NCBI GenBank assembly: GCA_905178155.1
Contig: CAJINV010000007.1
Coordinates: 4,584,917 to 4,648,916 of the forward strand
Origin: Amoebophrya sp. A120
Taxonomy: Eukaryota; Protista; Dinoflagellata
DNA: 64,000 bases
Reading direction: 5' to 3'
The notes below the pieces were generated by a model that did no database searches, was not told where the DNA came from, and was given only the letters and a program-made list of their open reading frames with translations. The position numbers were made by a program, and so were the translations under genes. Position 1 is the stretch's first letter, and each line of letters opens with the position of its first letter. This document shows positions 35,815 through 48,165 of this stretch, piece by piece.

Positions 35815-36910
35815 TTAGGGAGGAAAACCGGGCGCGACGACTAGGATCGGAAAATTTTTTTTGCGCGAGCACATAAATAGTTGCTCTTGGTCGGTCATAG
35901 CTCTTTCCTTTTTTTCCCCTTCATTCATCACCCCCACATCCAATCTTCGCCATCGTCGTCCTGCGATGTTGGTGGCCCTTCTATGAAAGTGCACGCAGAC
36001 ACTTCCTGCCCAGCAATGTCCATCACGTCTTGCCCCTCTTGGCAGGTGTGGAACTTTCTCTGGCTGACCCTTGCCATCCGTAGGAAGCGGGTGGTCGGAA
36101 GCGGGCCCGGCCGCAAGAGTTGGGGGGACTTGCGTTGGGGCGGGGGACGGCCCGGTCCGGGCCGGGGCCGGATCCGGCCCAAATTTTCTAGTCGTCCCCC
36201 GCCTACATTCCAACACAATCCCGTTCAAATCTGGCCCAAATCCGGGATGGCCGGAAATTCCCGGAAATTTCCCCGGTTTGGCCAAGGATTTGTCCCCTTC
36301 CGGGGGGCCAATCGGCGCGAAATCCCCGGCAAATCCGGGCCAAGTTTTCTAGTCGTGCCCCACCTGTATTCCAACAAAATCCCTTTCAAATCTGGCCGAT
36401 TTCTGGCGAAAATTCCTGGAAAATATCTGGCCCCAAAAAATGTCCCGGATTTGTCCCGGATCCGGGAAAATCCCGGGCGGGCCCCAAAAGTTCGGACGGG
36501 AGCTTGGGCCCGGGCGCCCGGGGCCGGCAAAAGCCCTGCGGGGGCGGGGCGCGCGCGGGGCGGCGCGCTTGACCGGCAGCCGGTAGCGCAAACGGCGGGA
36601 CGGGATCCGCGGCCGAGGCGGCCAACACTGTGAGGCAGCTCAATCAGGTGGCGCAAGTGCTTATGCTACTTGTGGGCGCCCAGTTGTTACTGATGCTTTC
36701 GATGTTGTCGGAAGGGGCCTCCGGCCATCGCAACAATTCAGGGCAATGGGTACGCCTTGGGGCGGGAGTTCGCACAGTCGCTGTACTTTCTGAATGCGAG
36801 GCGTTGAGCTGAGCACCCCCGGCGTTGATACCGACCAAAAGCGACCACTTATGTGCCCGCGCAAAAAAAATTTTCCGATCCTAGTCGTCGCGCCCGGTTT
36901 TCCTCCCTAA
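35815..36910. mobile_element. Non-autonomous TIR DNA transposon-like element (1096 bp), ~80-bp TIRs, 5-bp TSD GAAGC
   Basis: TTAGGGAGGAAAACCGGGCGCGACGACTAGGATCGGAAAATTTTTTTTGCGCG at the left end and its reverse complement at the right. GAAGC at 35810-35814 and 36911-36915. GC-rich interior with a ~57-bp internal direct repeat and no transposase ORF. Confidence 0.9.
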
Positions 36911-37016
36911 GAAGCCCGCACCACTCTACTTAAGAATAGAGAAAAACATCACAAGACTCGATGATGTCGCCAGCTTCTATCTAAGTCCTCCACCTGCATG
37001 TTCATATTAAATGCTT

Positions 37017-40000
37017 TCACTCGTTCAAGATAATGTCGTCAATCTTCCTGTTCAAGACAGAAAAAGTATAGGCGGTCCTCGCATGCTCATACGCAGCGTC
37101 GGTCATGTCTTCGATAAATTTTCGCTCTGCTGCGTCCCGTCTTCGTTCCTCCTCTGTGCTTGCTGCATATGCTCCTTCATCTGCAGAATCCGCATTATAC
37201 AACTCCTTTACCCGTCGCACGATTTCCAGGGCTTCGTCGATGTCTTTGACGTACAGAAAGTGCTTCCCGGGGACGAAGAAGTCCTCCAACAGCCCCCAGT
37301 GATCCGCTAACACCAGATTTAAGCACTTGCCAAAGGCCGCCTCGATGCCCCGGGCTTTCAGCTGCGGGAACGTTACCACCGGAAAGCCGCTCGGGTAGCC
37401 CAGCGGCCGGATTTTCTCGTGTTGGAGGTCGCGGAGCCTGTATTTCTCGTGGAACTCCTCGAACGTTTGTATCCTTTCGTATTTTTCAATACTTTTCCGG
37501 ATACTCACGTTGTACACCGAATGATGCTCCAGCTGCTGAGCAGCAAAGGCTTCCAAGGACGAGAGTTTTTGTTTTTTATTTGCGCGGGAAAACCGGAGCT
37601 GCTGCTGCTCTGAAGTGGACGACTCTGACATAGTCGTAATGTCAGAGGATGAGCCTAAAAATCCACTGCTTTCGAGAACGTTTTCCGCGTTTATCCCAGC
37701 TCGTGCCTTATCCCCGGCTCTTCTTCTCACGAAAAAGTCCCGGAACAGCGGGTTCATGACTTGCGGATTTTTCAGTTCCAGCTTATCCTGTGCAAAAGTA
37801 TCGTACTCGTATTGTAGTTATGCATTACAGATCCTGTCCTTTCTTAAGGCAAATTAGCATGATTACAAATTCTATTTCTACTGCTGCGGAAATTTGTAAT
37901 GCATTTATACGAGTGCGATACTTTTGCAAGTCATACAGCTGCCTCCGCACCCATTTTGGCACAAAGCTGTTCGCACCGTTTCGGAAGTGAATCTGCAGCA
38001 CGTTGTGGGTCAAACAAACCCGCGCGTCTTCGTACAGCCTGTACTTCTCGTCGTTGCTAATCTTGTCGGAATTCGGCGTAAAAGTCAAGTTCACATTGTG
38101 TGACAGGTACTCCTCCTTGTACTCCGACCCCAGGTAGATCGGGGCCAGCTTCTCCTGACTCGCACCAAACATTTGGAAGTTGATGCGGACGTCGGGGATT
38201 CTTGAGTATTTTGGATTAGCTGCTGCACCTGCTGCGTCCGTGGTCTGAGAGGTTGTATCTGTATGATCCTCCGCAACCACAGTATTTGGACTTTCAACAT
38301 ACTCAGGAACGTCCTGGTCTTGGTCGTCGGCTTCGATTTCTGAGGTTGTGGCGAGCTTCTTCTTCTCTTGCTGCGGGATCATAGCTGTTGTACTACTTGT
38401 TCTCTTCAGGAGATGCAAAAGCGCTGCAGAGGAGGAAGTCGTTGCTTTCGGCATGAACATCGTCCTCTGGTTTTCCATCATGCAATTCCCCGCGTAGAAG
38501 AAATCAATCTCCGTCCTGTCCCGCATCCGCTTGTGATTCTTCTTTTCAAACACGTTTTTCGTCGGATACGGCATCTGCACAAACTTCGGAATCAGCCCAG
38601 CTTCCCTGAAGTTTTCAAGCCGCGGGTCTTTTTGTGTTGCAACAGTTGCAGTGTTGCTCTGAACAACTTCGACATCCGCTTGTTCTCTAGTATCACGATG
38701 ATGTTTATTTCTGTCCAGCACGAACGGCAACAGTTTCTCCGTGAAAGGGCACAGGTAGACGACGTGTGTCGGGAAAAAGCTTTTTCTCTCCAGCACCCGG
38801 TGCGTTTCCACGTGCATCGTTCGGTAGAACTGGCGCCAGAAGGTGGGGTATGAGAGCGCACAACTCCCCCTTCCCCTCGTTTGTCATGCAGAAGCCTCAA
38901 TCCAAGTGCTTCCCTGTAGTGGCACTGTCTGCATGACAGATTCCGGAACAAGCCCAAACAGTACTTCTAATCTAGGCGCATAAATTTGTCATGCACCGGC
39001 CCCACGCGTGCGGGTGTTTGTATTGCTGCTCATGCAATACAAATGAGGGGGAGGGGGAGTTGTGCACTCTCATATGGTGTGCGGGATGTTCAGAATCGTG
39101 TACCACGGGTCGAGACGGAGAAACGTGGTCGTCCAGTCATAGTTGTTGCTCACGCTGTATCCCGTGCAAAAGTATCGCACTCGTTCTAAATGCAGATATG
39201 CATGACAAATCCAACTGTCTACCTGAAATAGCATGGCAAGTTGCATTTTTGTTCTTGGGCAATTTATACTACTAGTACGATAGTTTTGCAGTGCATACGC
39301 TGTCAACACCCTCTGAATTCTCATCTCTTGCTGTCGGAAAAATCGTCGAGGCTTCTCCCGGAGAGAGATCGGTCTCCGAAGGCGCAACGGGACGATCGGG
39401 GTCGAATACGGCGGCCGGCGGACCACGCGGCTCTGTTCTTGAGTTATACGGCTCAAAAGCGTCTGGGTCTGCTCCTGCGGTACTTTTTGCTGTTCTAGCA
39501 GACAGCTTGTTCAACATCCTCCTTGTCAGCACCTTGCCCCAATCCCTACCCACCGCCCTGCCATCGTAGTAATCGTGGTGCTCTAGCCGGCTTTTCCTTT
39601 GTTTCGCTTTCTCCTCGTCAAACGAAAACGCTATTCCTGACCCTATCCATCCCATCGCCGCTTCCCGGTCCGCGTACTGCGCTTCCAGATCCAGTTTCTT
39701 TCGCAGTCTCGCGCCCTTCTTTTCCTCGTTGTGCGCGGCGCGGTACTCCCGTGGAAGAAAAATCTCGTGATCGAGAAGGGAGTAGAGGGAAGATCTGTCG
39801 GCGATTTCAATTTGCGACGTTTGTTCATGATCGAGGTCCGGATTTTTATCTTCTTCTGCAGTAGCAGCGGAACTACTCTTTAACATCGCTAGCCAAGGTG
39901 CTCGGTTCTCGCGCACGTGCGCTGCGAGCGGACCGTACACCGTGAGATTTTCTCTGCCGCCGGAAAACTCGTCCACGCGGTACAAATCGTCGAGCTCAGA

Positions 40001-42289
40001 GTCTGACGCAGTCGTTGTGGTCGTGTGTTTCTGCCCGGTAAGAACCGCAGATTGCAGCGCGGTTTGGTTTTCTTGTTCTCCTCCTTCACCTGCCCCCGGC
40101 CTTTTGCGTGCTGTCGTGCTTCTTTCGCCAGCATCATGATCATCGTCACTATACTCCAGCCCTCTCGTGCTGAAGGACCAGAGGTCGAACTGTGGGATCT
40201 CGTAATCCACTAGGATCCGATTGTGAAACAATTTATTCATGGTCAATAGCTGCTCCAGGTAATTCAATTCCTGCTTCGTCGGCCCCGGCTTCGTGTTTAG
40301 ATCCGTCATGGCGAGCACTGCGAATAATTCCTGCACACAGTACTGCCAAGCGAAATTGCCAAAGACCACGAAGGAGGACTTACCGGTTTTTACTTGTTCT
40401 TCTTGCGAAGATTGCGCCGATGTTGCAGTGCTCTTGTCATTCCTCGCTCGCGCCGCAGCCGCTTCGTTCACCTCCGGGTCCGTGTGCTCCGTTTCGCTGC
40501 TGGTTCGCGGACAGCTCAGCCGCTCCTTCGCCAGGGCGTAGTCAGGAGCGTAGGGGTGGTTCTCATTCAGGTAGACGCACACCATGGAAAAGTGCCCCGC
40601 GCGCCGCATCACAAAGTCGTTCACTTGCTCGAAAGGAACTAGATCCCGGTCCTCCGCGTCTACATTGTCACTGACGCCGAGCTCTTGGAGACTGTGTAGT
40701 TATTGAACATTCGAAGAATTTATTTCTCATGTTGACTTGTTATCCGATTGATTCTTAACGGTATGCATGGTGCTGCTGCTGACGCTACTTATTGGTTATT
40801 TCAGTTGATGATGTGCATTTTCATTTATTTGTTCTGCATGTGAAGCAATCTTTTATTTTTCATGCACAACTTCACTGCTAACACACAAGGACAACTCGTC
40901 GCAAGAAGCAAATTATACACCGTGTCCTTGGTTTCGAAAACCACCACATGGTGCTCGCATGCGGGTGGTGTGCCTGAAATCCCTGACTCGCGACGCGCTT
41001 CTGGCTCGACGTGAACTTTTCTCGCCCGTCGCTGTCGTATCAAAAGGAAAAATCCCCCCTCCCCATAACGAAAACGAAATTTTTGATGCTGTATTTGAGT
41101 ACACGAAGTCGACTTGTAATGCCAGAAGGCCAAAAGCCGCAGCTGTGGCCTCGTTTGCAGGCAATTTGTCATGCTGTTTCCCCCTTCCAGTTGCTCTCTG
41201 TCATGCTGAAGGCGCAAGGCTTTCCCACGCCAGCCAGCATTACACTCCGCACGTCTTTCCTTCTAGCATGACAAAGCTGATTTGTGACCACAAATCTGCA
41301 TCACAGATTTACGTTTTGATATGGGGAGGGGGGATTTTTCTTCTTGATATGTCGCACCACTTGAGCTGCGGCGCGATCCGGTAGTGCGACACGAGCAGCC
41401 CGCGACAGTGCTCCAACGCGAACATGCGGCGGATGCGAAAGCCGTTTTGCGCGACCGTCGTGACGACCTGTCCGTCGACGGTGTCTGTGATGGTCTTCGT
41501 CGGGGGTAGCGTCGTTTCCGTCGACCATTCCGTTTTTGGGTAGAAGCTGCCCGCGCGGAGCTTCCTGTCCCTCTCCACATCCGTCATGAACAGGTGCGTC
41601 GCCTCGTTGACGTCTTGACAAGGTCCCATGGTCGCCAGCATCTTGTTTAGCGTGCTGTTCAGCGAAAGAGCGAACTCGATTTCTGGGTCTTCAACCTCTG
41701 ACGCTGCTTCGTCTTCTTGTCCTGCTTCCGGTGGTGGACTTGCAGTTGTCGGCCCACCGGACGAACTTCCAGCCCGTCCACCTACACCTTCTGTTGCTTG
41801 CTTCAGCTCCAAAATTTCCCTACCCGGAACGTGCGAGTTGTCGGGTTGCTTCACGACCACTGGAGCAGAAGTAGACTCTGATGCTGATACTACATCACTG
41901 GTAGAAGTACCGCCCGCGGCCTGACTCGCCTCGCTCCTCGAAGATGTCGTCCCTGGTGTCGTTGTGGCGCTCAGATTTTCCGCGGTAGTACTGGAAAGAA
42001 AATTCACGCCAATACAGTCCCCCGGCTTGATCGGCTTCATCACCTTCACAAACATCCAGCCGGGCCACGAATACTGCGGTGGCGTGACTTGCTTCTCCTC
42101 CATCAGGGATGAGGAGTCGTGGAAATTGAGGAAGATGAGCGAAAACAATGCGCGGGTGAAAAACCGGATCTGCAGTGACTCCACAAATTGGTTCGCGTGC
42201 CCGTAGTAGCAAAAATCCTTACTCCAAATGGTCAATCCGTCCCCGGCAAGGGAGGAGGAACCCACCAGGGTCTGCTCGACACGGGGCAT
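37017..42289 (-). CDS. CgeB/Glyco_trans_1_2-like glycosyltransferase, paralog 2 (~1397 aa); four introners and one GT-AG intron (40692-40920)
   Basis: Spliced 4194-nt frame colinear with paralog 1 (KWCD|SDGREKFTSSQKR; FGNFAWQYCVQEL; LKARGIEAAFGKCLNLVLADHWGLLEDFFVPG). Confidence 0.8.
37784..37935. mobile_element. Introner family B (152 bp)
   Basis: TATCCTGTGCAAAAGTATCGTACTCGTA...TACGAGTGCGATACTTTTGCAAGTCATA; direct repeat CAGCT. Confidence 0.92.
38849..39074. mobile_element. Introner family D (226 bp)
   Basis: TATGAGAGCGCACAACTCCCCCTTCCCCTC...GAGGGGGAGGGGGAGTTGTGCACTCTCATA; direct repeat TGGGG/TGGTG; frame restored (NIPHT|TFWRQFYRTMHVE). Confidence 0.9.
39158..39297. mobile_element. Introner family B (140 bp)
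   Basis: TATCCCGTGCAAAAGTATCGCACTCG...GTACGATAGTTTTGCAGTGCATA; direct repeat CGCTG. Confidence 0.9.
41038..41349. mobile_element. Introner family C (312 bp)
   Basis: TATCAAAAGGAAAAATCCCCCCTCCCCATA...TATGGGGAGGGGGGATTTTTCTTCTTGATA; direct repeat TGTCG. Confidence 0.92.
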
Positions 42290-42818
42290 GGTGCTGGGTA
42301 ATGCACGGACAGAGCTTTAGCTCACTGCTAGCGAACCATAAAATTTTGCGACATAAAGACTCAACGGAATCGGTGGAGACAACTCAGTTTCCGTTTATTA
42401 ACAGACCGAAACTAATAGAAACTGGTGCATAGATATAGACTTCACTTTACGGATAACTGCAGCATACCCATACTTTAAACTTACACAGCAGTGGGGAAAA
42501 TTCCTGATGAATGCGACCTTTACTCTTCGGGATCAAAAAAATACCACGGGAAACGATCTTCTTCATCGCACGACCAACACAAGGATACGATTTTGATTTA
42601 CACCGATGACACGGCATTATTCGAGAGCAGCACGCACTTGAACAAGACGTGGCACGGGAACGAGGGAGGGTCGAATAGCGCCCGGCAGTGATAAAAATAC
42701 CGTGCCACCACGTTGTGCGTGTCCTTTTCAAAAACAGTGCCAATATGCAGCAGCTCCTATACGTGACTTGCTGAAGCGAGCACCGCGGTGCTAAAAAAAT
42801 GCAATACGTGTATCATTG

Positions 42819-43715
42819 TCAGTATATCACCAGAAAAACGTGATTTGCGACCACATACGCCACGAAAAAGAGTGTTGGCTCCCAGAAGCACTTGTGCCAT
42901 TCAAACTTGTCTTCCTTCATGATTTTAAACCTCAATCGCAATCGCAGAAACGACCCCCACCGGCCTATGAACTGCAGAAAGATCGCCAGCACGATCGCGT
43001 CGGTCTGCATCTGGATGAGGCCGTAATTCGACACGTACACTTTTTCGGCCGTGATCATCTCCCGCCAAAAGGCGATTTTGAGCAAGAAGCCCTGAAGCAC
43101 GTAGGGCCAAAAGATCTTCTGCTTGTTCAGGAGCTTTTTCGCGTCCAGCGTGCCGATCGGGTGCAGCAGCCAGATGTGCGCGAACAGCAGCGCGGTGGCG
43201 GGTAAGCTGGTACTGTTGCTGGTCACCGTCGCGGACAGCGGTATAATTTTCCCCGCGGCCGCCAAGTGGTTGCTCGCCCAGTCCGCGGCGATGCATCCCA
43301 CCACCGGCCCGAAGTGGTGGAGGTAGAAAAACAGGGAGAAAAGTTTATCCCGGAACGGGAGGTCCCACGGCTCGACGGCGAAGTTGAAGGCGAAGGGGAC
43401 GACCATGAAACTGGCGTATTCGGCAAAGTAGAGGTCTTTCGGACAGCTGGCGAGATAGACGCAGAGGCCGACGATGACGGGGTGGAGGTTGAACTGGAAC
43501 TTCCAGAACACATTCTTCACGATCGCGTTCCGCCATGCTAGCTTTTTCCGGAGGATAAAACGCCCGATCAAAGTGAACAGCACGGAGAGGAACAAGGGCG
43601 GGAGAAGCTTCAAAAATCCGTCATTCTGCTTGATAGCGCTGGTGCTGGCTGCTTGTTGCCCTTGCAATAGGATACTATCGACGTCTCCCCACGCTGTGGT
43701 CTCTCTCTGTAGCAT
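42819..43715 (-). CDS. Multi-pass membrane protein, possibly TLC (TRAM/LAG1/CLN8)-like, copy 1
   Basis: Several hydrophobic helices and an FYLHHFG double-His motif; near-identical copy at 51693. The family call is tentative. Confidence 0.65.
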   Translation of the reverse strand: MLQRETTAWGDVDSILLQGQQAASTSAIKQNDGFLKLLPPLFLSVLFTLIGRFILRKKLAWRNAIVKNVFWKFQFNLHPVIVGLCVYLASCPKDLYFAEYASFMVVPFAFNFAVEPWDLPFRDKLFSLFFYLHHFGPVVGCIAADWASNHLAAAGKIIPLSATVTSNSTSLPATALLFAHIWLLHPIGTLDAKKLLNKQKIFWPYVLQGFLLKIAFWREMITAEKVYVSNYGLIQMQTDAIVLAIFLQFIGRWGSFLRLRLRFKIMKEDKFEWHKCFWEPTLFFVAYVVANHVFLVIY

Positions 43716-44733
43716 AATTTTACTATATTTCGGGAGGACCCGTTTTCGTACAATAACGCTTCGACTTGTAGATAAATACAGGCCCAGCTCTCAACGTCAT
43801 CTTCTCGCCTAGCTGAGATACTATGGAAGATGATGACCGCTAGTACATTTCGTTCGCAATTTCTTTTCTGTACCTTTAAATTTTCTGTTTCTTCAACAAG
43901 AAGTGAGGCTTCAGTAGTTTGAGAAAATACGAGGATGGTCTGTGACAGCAGCTCTTTCAGTAGTTGCGGCTCTCTCCACTCTTCTCCGAGCTCTGTAAGG
44001 AAACCGTGTTCCTCAATAGTCGGCTTGTCTCCGCGCTAGCGACACGAGAAGCCACCCCCCCCAAACAACGACCTGGGTGCTTTGCAACAGGAGCATCAAC
44101 CTAACGAGAAATGCCCAGAAACCCAAATGTTCAAATCCTACCCATGACGCGAAGTAACGAGCAAACGAATGTTGATAAAAAAGAGAATACAACTCCTTGC
44201 GCCGAAGTCTCGACATATTTCCGAGAGCGCGAACAAGGTGGAAAGAAAGATCCAGACTTGCGGTTGGTAAGTACTGAGTAGTAATCGGAGCTGCCCATGC
44301 AACAGTGGCGCTGCATCGACAATATTCTATCTTTCCCTTCGGAAGCTTAAGTAAGCAAGGGATTTTTGTACACAGGTGTTGGTCATTGTCGTGATGCGTT
44401 TTGTGGGTCCTACTCATCTTGCACTCTACTTAAACTTTCATCTCTGAAACGCGATAATTAACACACACACACACAGCAAATTTTCGAACTAGTATCATCT
44501 CAACAAGCTGCATTGTTGAATGACGCACGCAAGAACTCTTGCGCGACACATAATGGTAGTCAGTACCAACTACACCAATCAACGTCTCATGACGTGGATT
44601 ATGATAAGGATAAGCATGATGATCAGTACTAGTTTTTGCAATTTAATAGGTATAGGTTTCTGTCACTTTCTATTTCCTCCTCCTGGAGGTGTTCCGCCCA
44701 AGCAACATTTTGCTTGCAAAGCAACATTTTGCT

Positions 44734-46497
44734 TCACAACCTGGCGCTCAACGCCAACTCGCCGGCCAGCTCCATACTCACTGCGACCAGGATACCAACC
44801 CCGAACATGGAACACACCGCCCCGATCGCTATGCATGGAAAATTTACCCTACTACACGGACACGACGAGGACCCTACATGACGTTGGTAAGCACAAGCGC
44901 ATTCCGGCTTTTGCTTTTCTGCAAATTTGTAATCAATCTAGTTTAGTATGGCACAAGTGCGCTCATAGGGCTTTCCTGCTTTCTATCAAGTACTTATCGT
45001 CATCTAGATTGTCGAAATTCGTGCTGCATACCGCACGGTAATGCATTCGTTACCGTGTAAAACGGTAAAAGATCCGCAATAATACAATTTCTCTTCCATA
45101 CTCGCCCACAAGTTGAGCAGCGGCATGCCGGCAATCCCGTGCCCGCTGGTGCACCCGCCACCGAGCCTGGATCCGAAGAGCATCAGAGTTCCACCGAGAA
45201 AAGCGGTTATTTCAGACTGCACGTACGGCGCGCCGCTGGGCAGGTTGTCCGCGAGCCTGGCCGAACAGTAGGCGCCGAAAACGGCCATCATCAGATACGG
45301 GACTTGCCAGTACCACCCGAGGAGTTGAAACTTTTCAAACGGTTTCAGCTTCTGTGGAAACTTGGCGGGAATCAACTGGTCCATGAGCGCCAGCTGGGCG
45401 TAGGCGGTGGAGGAGCCGATGGGCCGGGCGGCGATGAAGACGGAACCCAAATTGACTAACCCAATGCCCAAACCGCACAGCGACGGCGGCCACGCGTGGT
45501 CCTTCCAATCGTGGTTTTTTCCGTGGTTGTGCAGCTCCTCCTTAAACGGCAACAGGATTTCGCAGGCGAGACAGAAGAGCGCCGAAAATAACCCGAAAGC
45601 GATCATGGCGGTATTGAAGGGAATCCCGAAACGGAGGTCTGCGTACTGGGACTGCATCGTTGGGGTAGAAGCAGAAGTAGTACCTGCGGAGAAATTTTTG
45701 GTTTGTAATTTGCTCTCCGCAGATGGAGGATCACTAGAAGTTCCTTGCAAGTCCTCTTCTTTCGCCGATGCTGTCGGCGCAACTGCACCAAGATTGCTCG
45801 ATGTCGCGGGGCTTTTACTTTCAGAATTGTCAACATAGTTGTACTGCGTTGTACTACCGCCAAGAGCACTACCGCAAGCTCCACTGTCGCAGCTGCTATT
45901 ATTTCTCCCAGCACGACCTTCCACCGCTTTCAGCACATTTGCGAGAAAGGCGCCGAAAAACCCGCCGAGCAGCGTGATCCACGCGTTCCCCACCCCGGTC
46001 CCTACTTGCGGCAACACCATGCCCGGGCAGGCGCCGCCGACGACCATCCCGGCGCCCAGAATGCCGCCGCCAAGCAGCACTCGTTTCGCAGAGCTCGAGG
46101 TGATCAACTTCGACTCGCGCACCGCTTGCATCCTCTCTCTGTCGATCTTGTTCCAGACGAAGAACGAGATGCAGGCGCCCACGACCGCGCCCATGAACAT
46201 CTTCAGCATGATCATGGTCTTGAAGATGAACTGCTCGCGGATTACCAGGGGCTCGTACACGTGCGAGCGTTCGAAGAAAAAACCAAAGGCGAAGCCCATG
46301 ACGAGGAGCAGAACAAAATCCCGCACGGCGACGAGGGGGCTCGGCGCTGGGGGTGGGATTTTCGTGATTCGCTCTTCCGGGGCGGCGGCCTTGGAATCCA
46401 TCTCGGAGGTGTTGCTCTTCTCCGCGGAAGTTGTCGCCATTTTTGGATTTTCTATTTTTTTTGCTTGTACTACGCGAGGTCGCAAAGTTGTGGACAT
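44734..46497 (-). CDS. YeeE/YedE (TsuA-type) sulfur/thiosulfate transporter family protein, copy 1; GT-AG intron 44829-45101
   Basis: Signature motifs GAGMVVGGACPG and FGSRLGGGCTSGHG; the last exon IGAVCSMFGVGILVAV supplies the final helix. Confidence 0.85.
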
Positions 46498-47250
46498 TGA
46501 TTCTTTAGTGTGTCAATTGTCGTGGTGCGAAAAACCTCTTATTTCTGGAGATTGATCCTTCCGGCGGCTACTAAAGGTACTTGACGTAGCAATTGTTGGG
46601 CATGAGCACATACCACATACTTTAAGAACTCACATTTACAGTTATTTTCATTCACATCAAAATCTTATTTACTTTTACAGTGTCAGAAACATATATACAA
46701 CTCGGGGCGTTATTTCTTTTGGGTAAGTCTCATGTAGTTCCTGATGGGGCAACACTCACCGAGACCTGCTTTTCAGGCGATCCAATTCCTTGTCTTTTCG
46801 TGTTTTCAAGACGAGGAATGAAAAACGATGGTGACTATTCAACGATTTCTCCCCGTGCTGCGGGTGGAGTACTGGAGCCCTTCCACGAAAAGGTCAAAAC
46901 GATTGATTCTAAATCTAATCATTACGATGTATGTTCCGAAATTATGCACCCCCCTGGCTTGTTAGCCTTGGCTTACAATTCGGGGGTTTAGAAAATACTA
47001 AGTAGCCCTGACTGTGAACACAAACGTGCGTAACCTCTTGGATCTGCTCTCTACGCTTTTTTGACTCCTTTGCGGCCCCGCGTCCGCGTGTTTCATCCGG
47101 TTCAATAATATATAAATCAAACATCAAACGACAAAGACCATCTCGGTTTGACAGACATCATCTTCACTGTTGTACAAATTTTGCATGTAGTACTACTAGC
47201 AGACCTTTGGCACTTGTTTTGCACAAGTAATAAGCGGTCTTGTTTCTGCA

Positions 47251-47749
47251 TTACTGTAGCAACACAACAATCAAAGCTAGATCAGCAGTACAAACCTTAC
47301 TACTTTTCTTAATACATCTCTCCCTTGCTAGACTCAGCGACTTTGCCGCAATCTGCTCTGAGTGGTTCTGGTGATGGTCGCGCGCAACCACATTTTGATT
47401 TTGCAGCAACTCAACATCTCGGTTATTTCCACGATCGACGTCTTGATAAAGGTCGTGCAGCTGCTGGTCCCCGGCAGTAGCTTCTCCGAGACGATTCCTT
47501 GTAGTATCGTTTGCAACTACTTTTCCCCCGCGGCCACACGTGACGACAGAATTATGCAGTGCAAAAGTATCGTACTCGTAGTATTGCAATACAAATTAGC
47601 TCAGCATGACAAATGGAATTTCTCATGCTGATTTAGCTTGAGCAAGAAATTTGTCTTGCATGACTGCGATTAGTACGAGTACGATACTTTCGCACAGGAT
47701 AAGAATCAACTATTTGCAAAACTTCCGCAGATCGCAACGCGCCCCAGAG
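47251..47749 (-). pseudogene. 3' remnant of the PP2C-like gene, cut at the duplication breakpoint; contains an introner
   Basis: Matches the last ~114 codons of 56144..58150; the 5' part is missing. Confidence 0.85.
47553..47701. mobile_element. Introner family B (149 bp); empty site in the duplicate copy
   Basis: TATGCAGTGCAAAAGTATCGTACTCGTA...TACGAGTACGATACTTTCGCACAGGATA; direct repeat AGAAT, with a single AGAAT at 56438-56442. Confidence 0.95.
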
Positions 47750-48165
47750 TATCAAGTGTAAAAATGTCTGGGTCTGGAAAAATGCAACTTGTATTGCTGT
47801 CTGCGGATTCTAAAAATATCTGTGTTGCATGAGCAGCAAGAGGAGTCAGTTCCTGGCACGCGGAGAGGGCATTTGTCATGCGTAATTAGCATCAAGAAGC
47901 TCTGAAAAAATCTGTGATGCTAGCACCAGCATCACAGACCTCACGGGTCATGCAAAATGTGCATGGCAAGTCCCGACTTCCAGACCCAGACATTTTTGCA
48001 TTTGCAAAAGTATCGCACTCCCACTCGTATAAATGCATTACAAATTTGAATTTCCTCAGCATGTGAAATCAGATTTGTCAACATGCGGATTTACCTTGGG
48101 AGGAAAATTTGTTTTTGTAATGCATGACTGCAATTAGTACGAGTACGATACTTTTGCACAGGATA
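47750..48165. mobile_element. Fused family A + family B introner at the duplication junction
   Basis: An A element (47750-~48004) is joined to a B element (~47997-48165) at CATTTTTGCATTTGCAAAAGTATCG. The left flank CAGAG comes from the PP2C gene and the right flank CGCTG from the glycosyltransferase gene. Confidence 0.9.

Larger units (their letters stand above)
39298..47749. repeat. Tandem segmental duplication, copy 1 (~8.4 kb)
   Basis: Colinear with 48166-56485 (offset 8874 in the core); the same ORFs appear twice in the ORF track. Confidence 0.95.

Noticed and set aside
35881-36864. Transposase within the 1.1-kb TIR element
   Set aside because: The ORFs are Gly/Pro/Arg-rich products of GC-rich repeats; no DDE or tyrosine-recombinase motif is evident.
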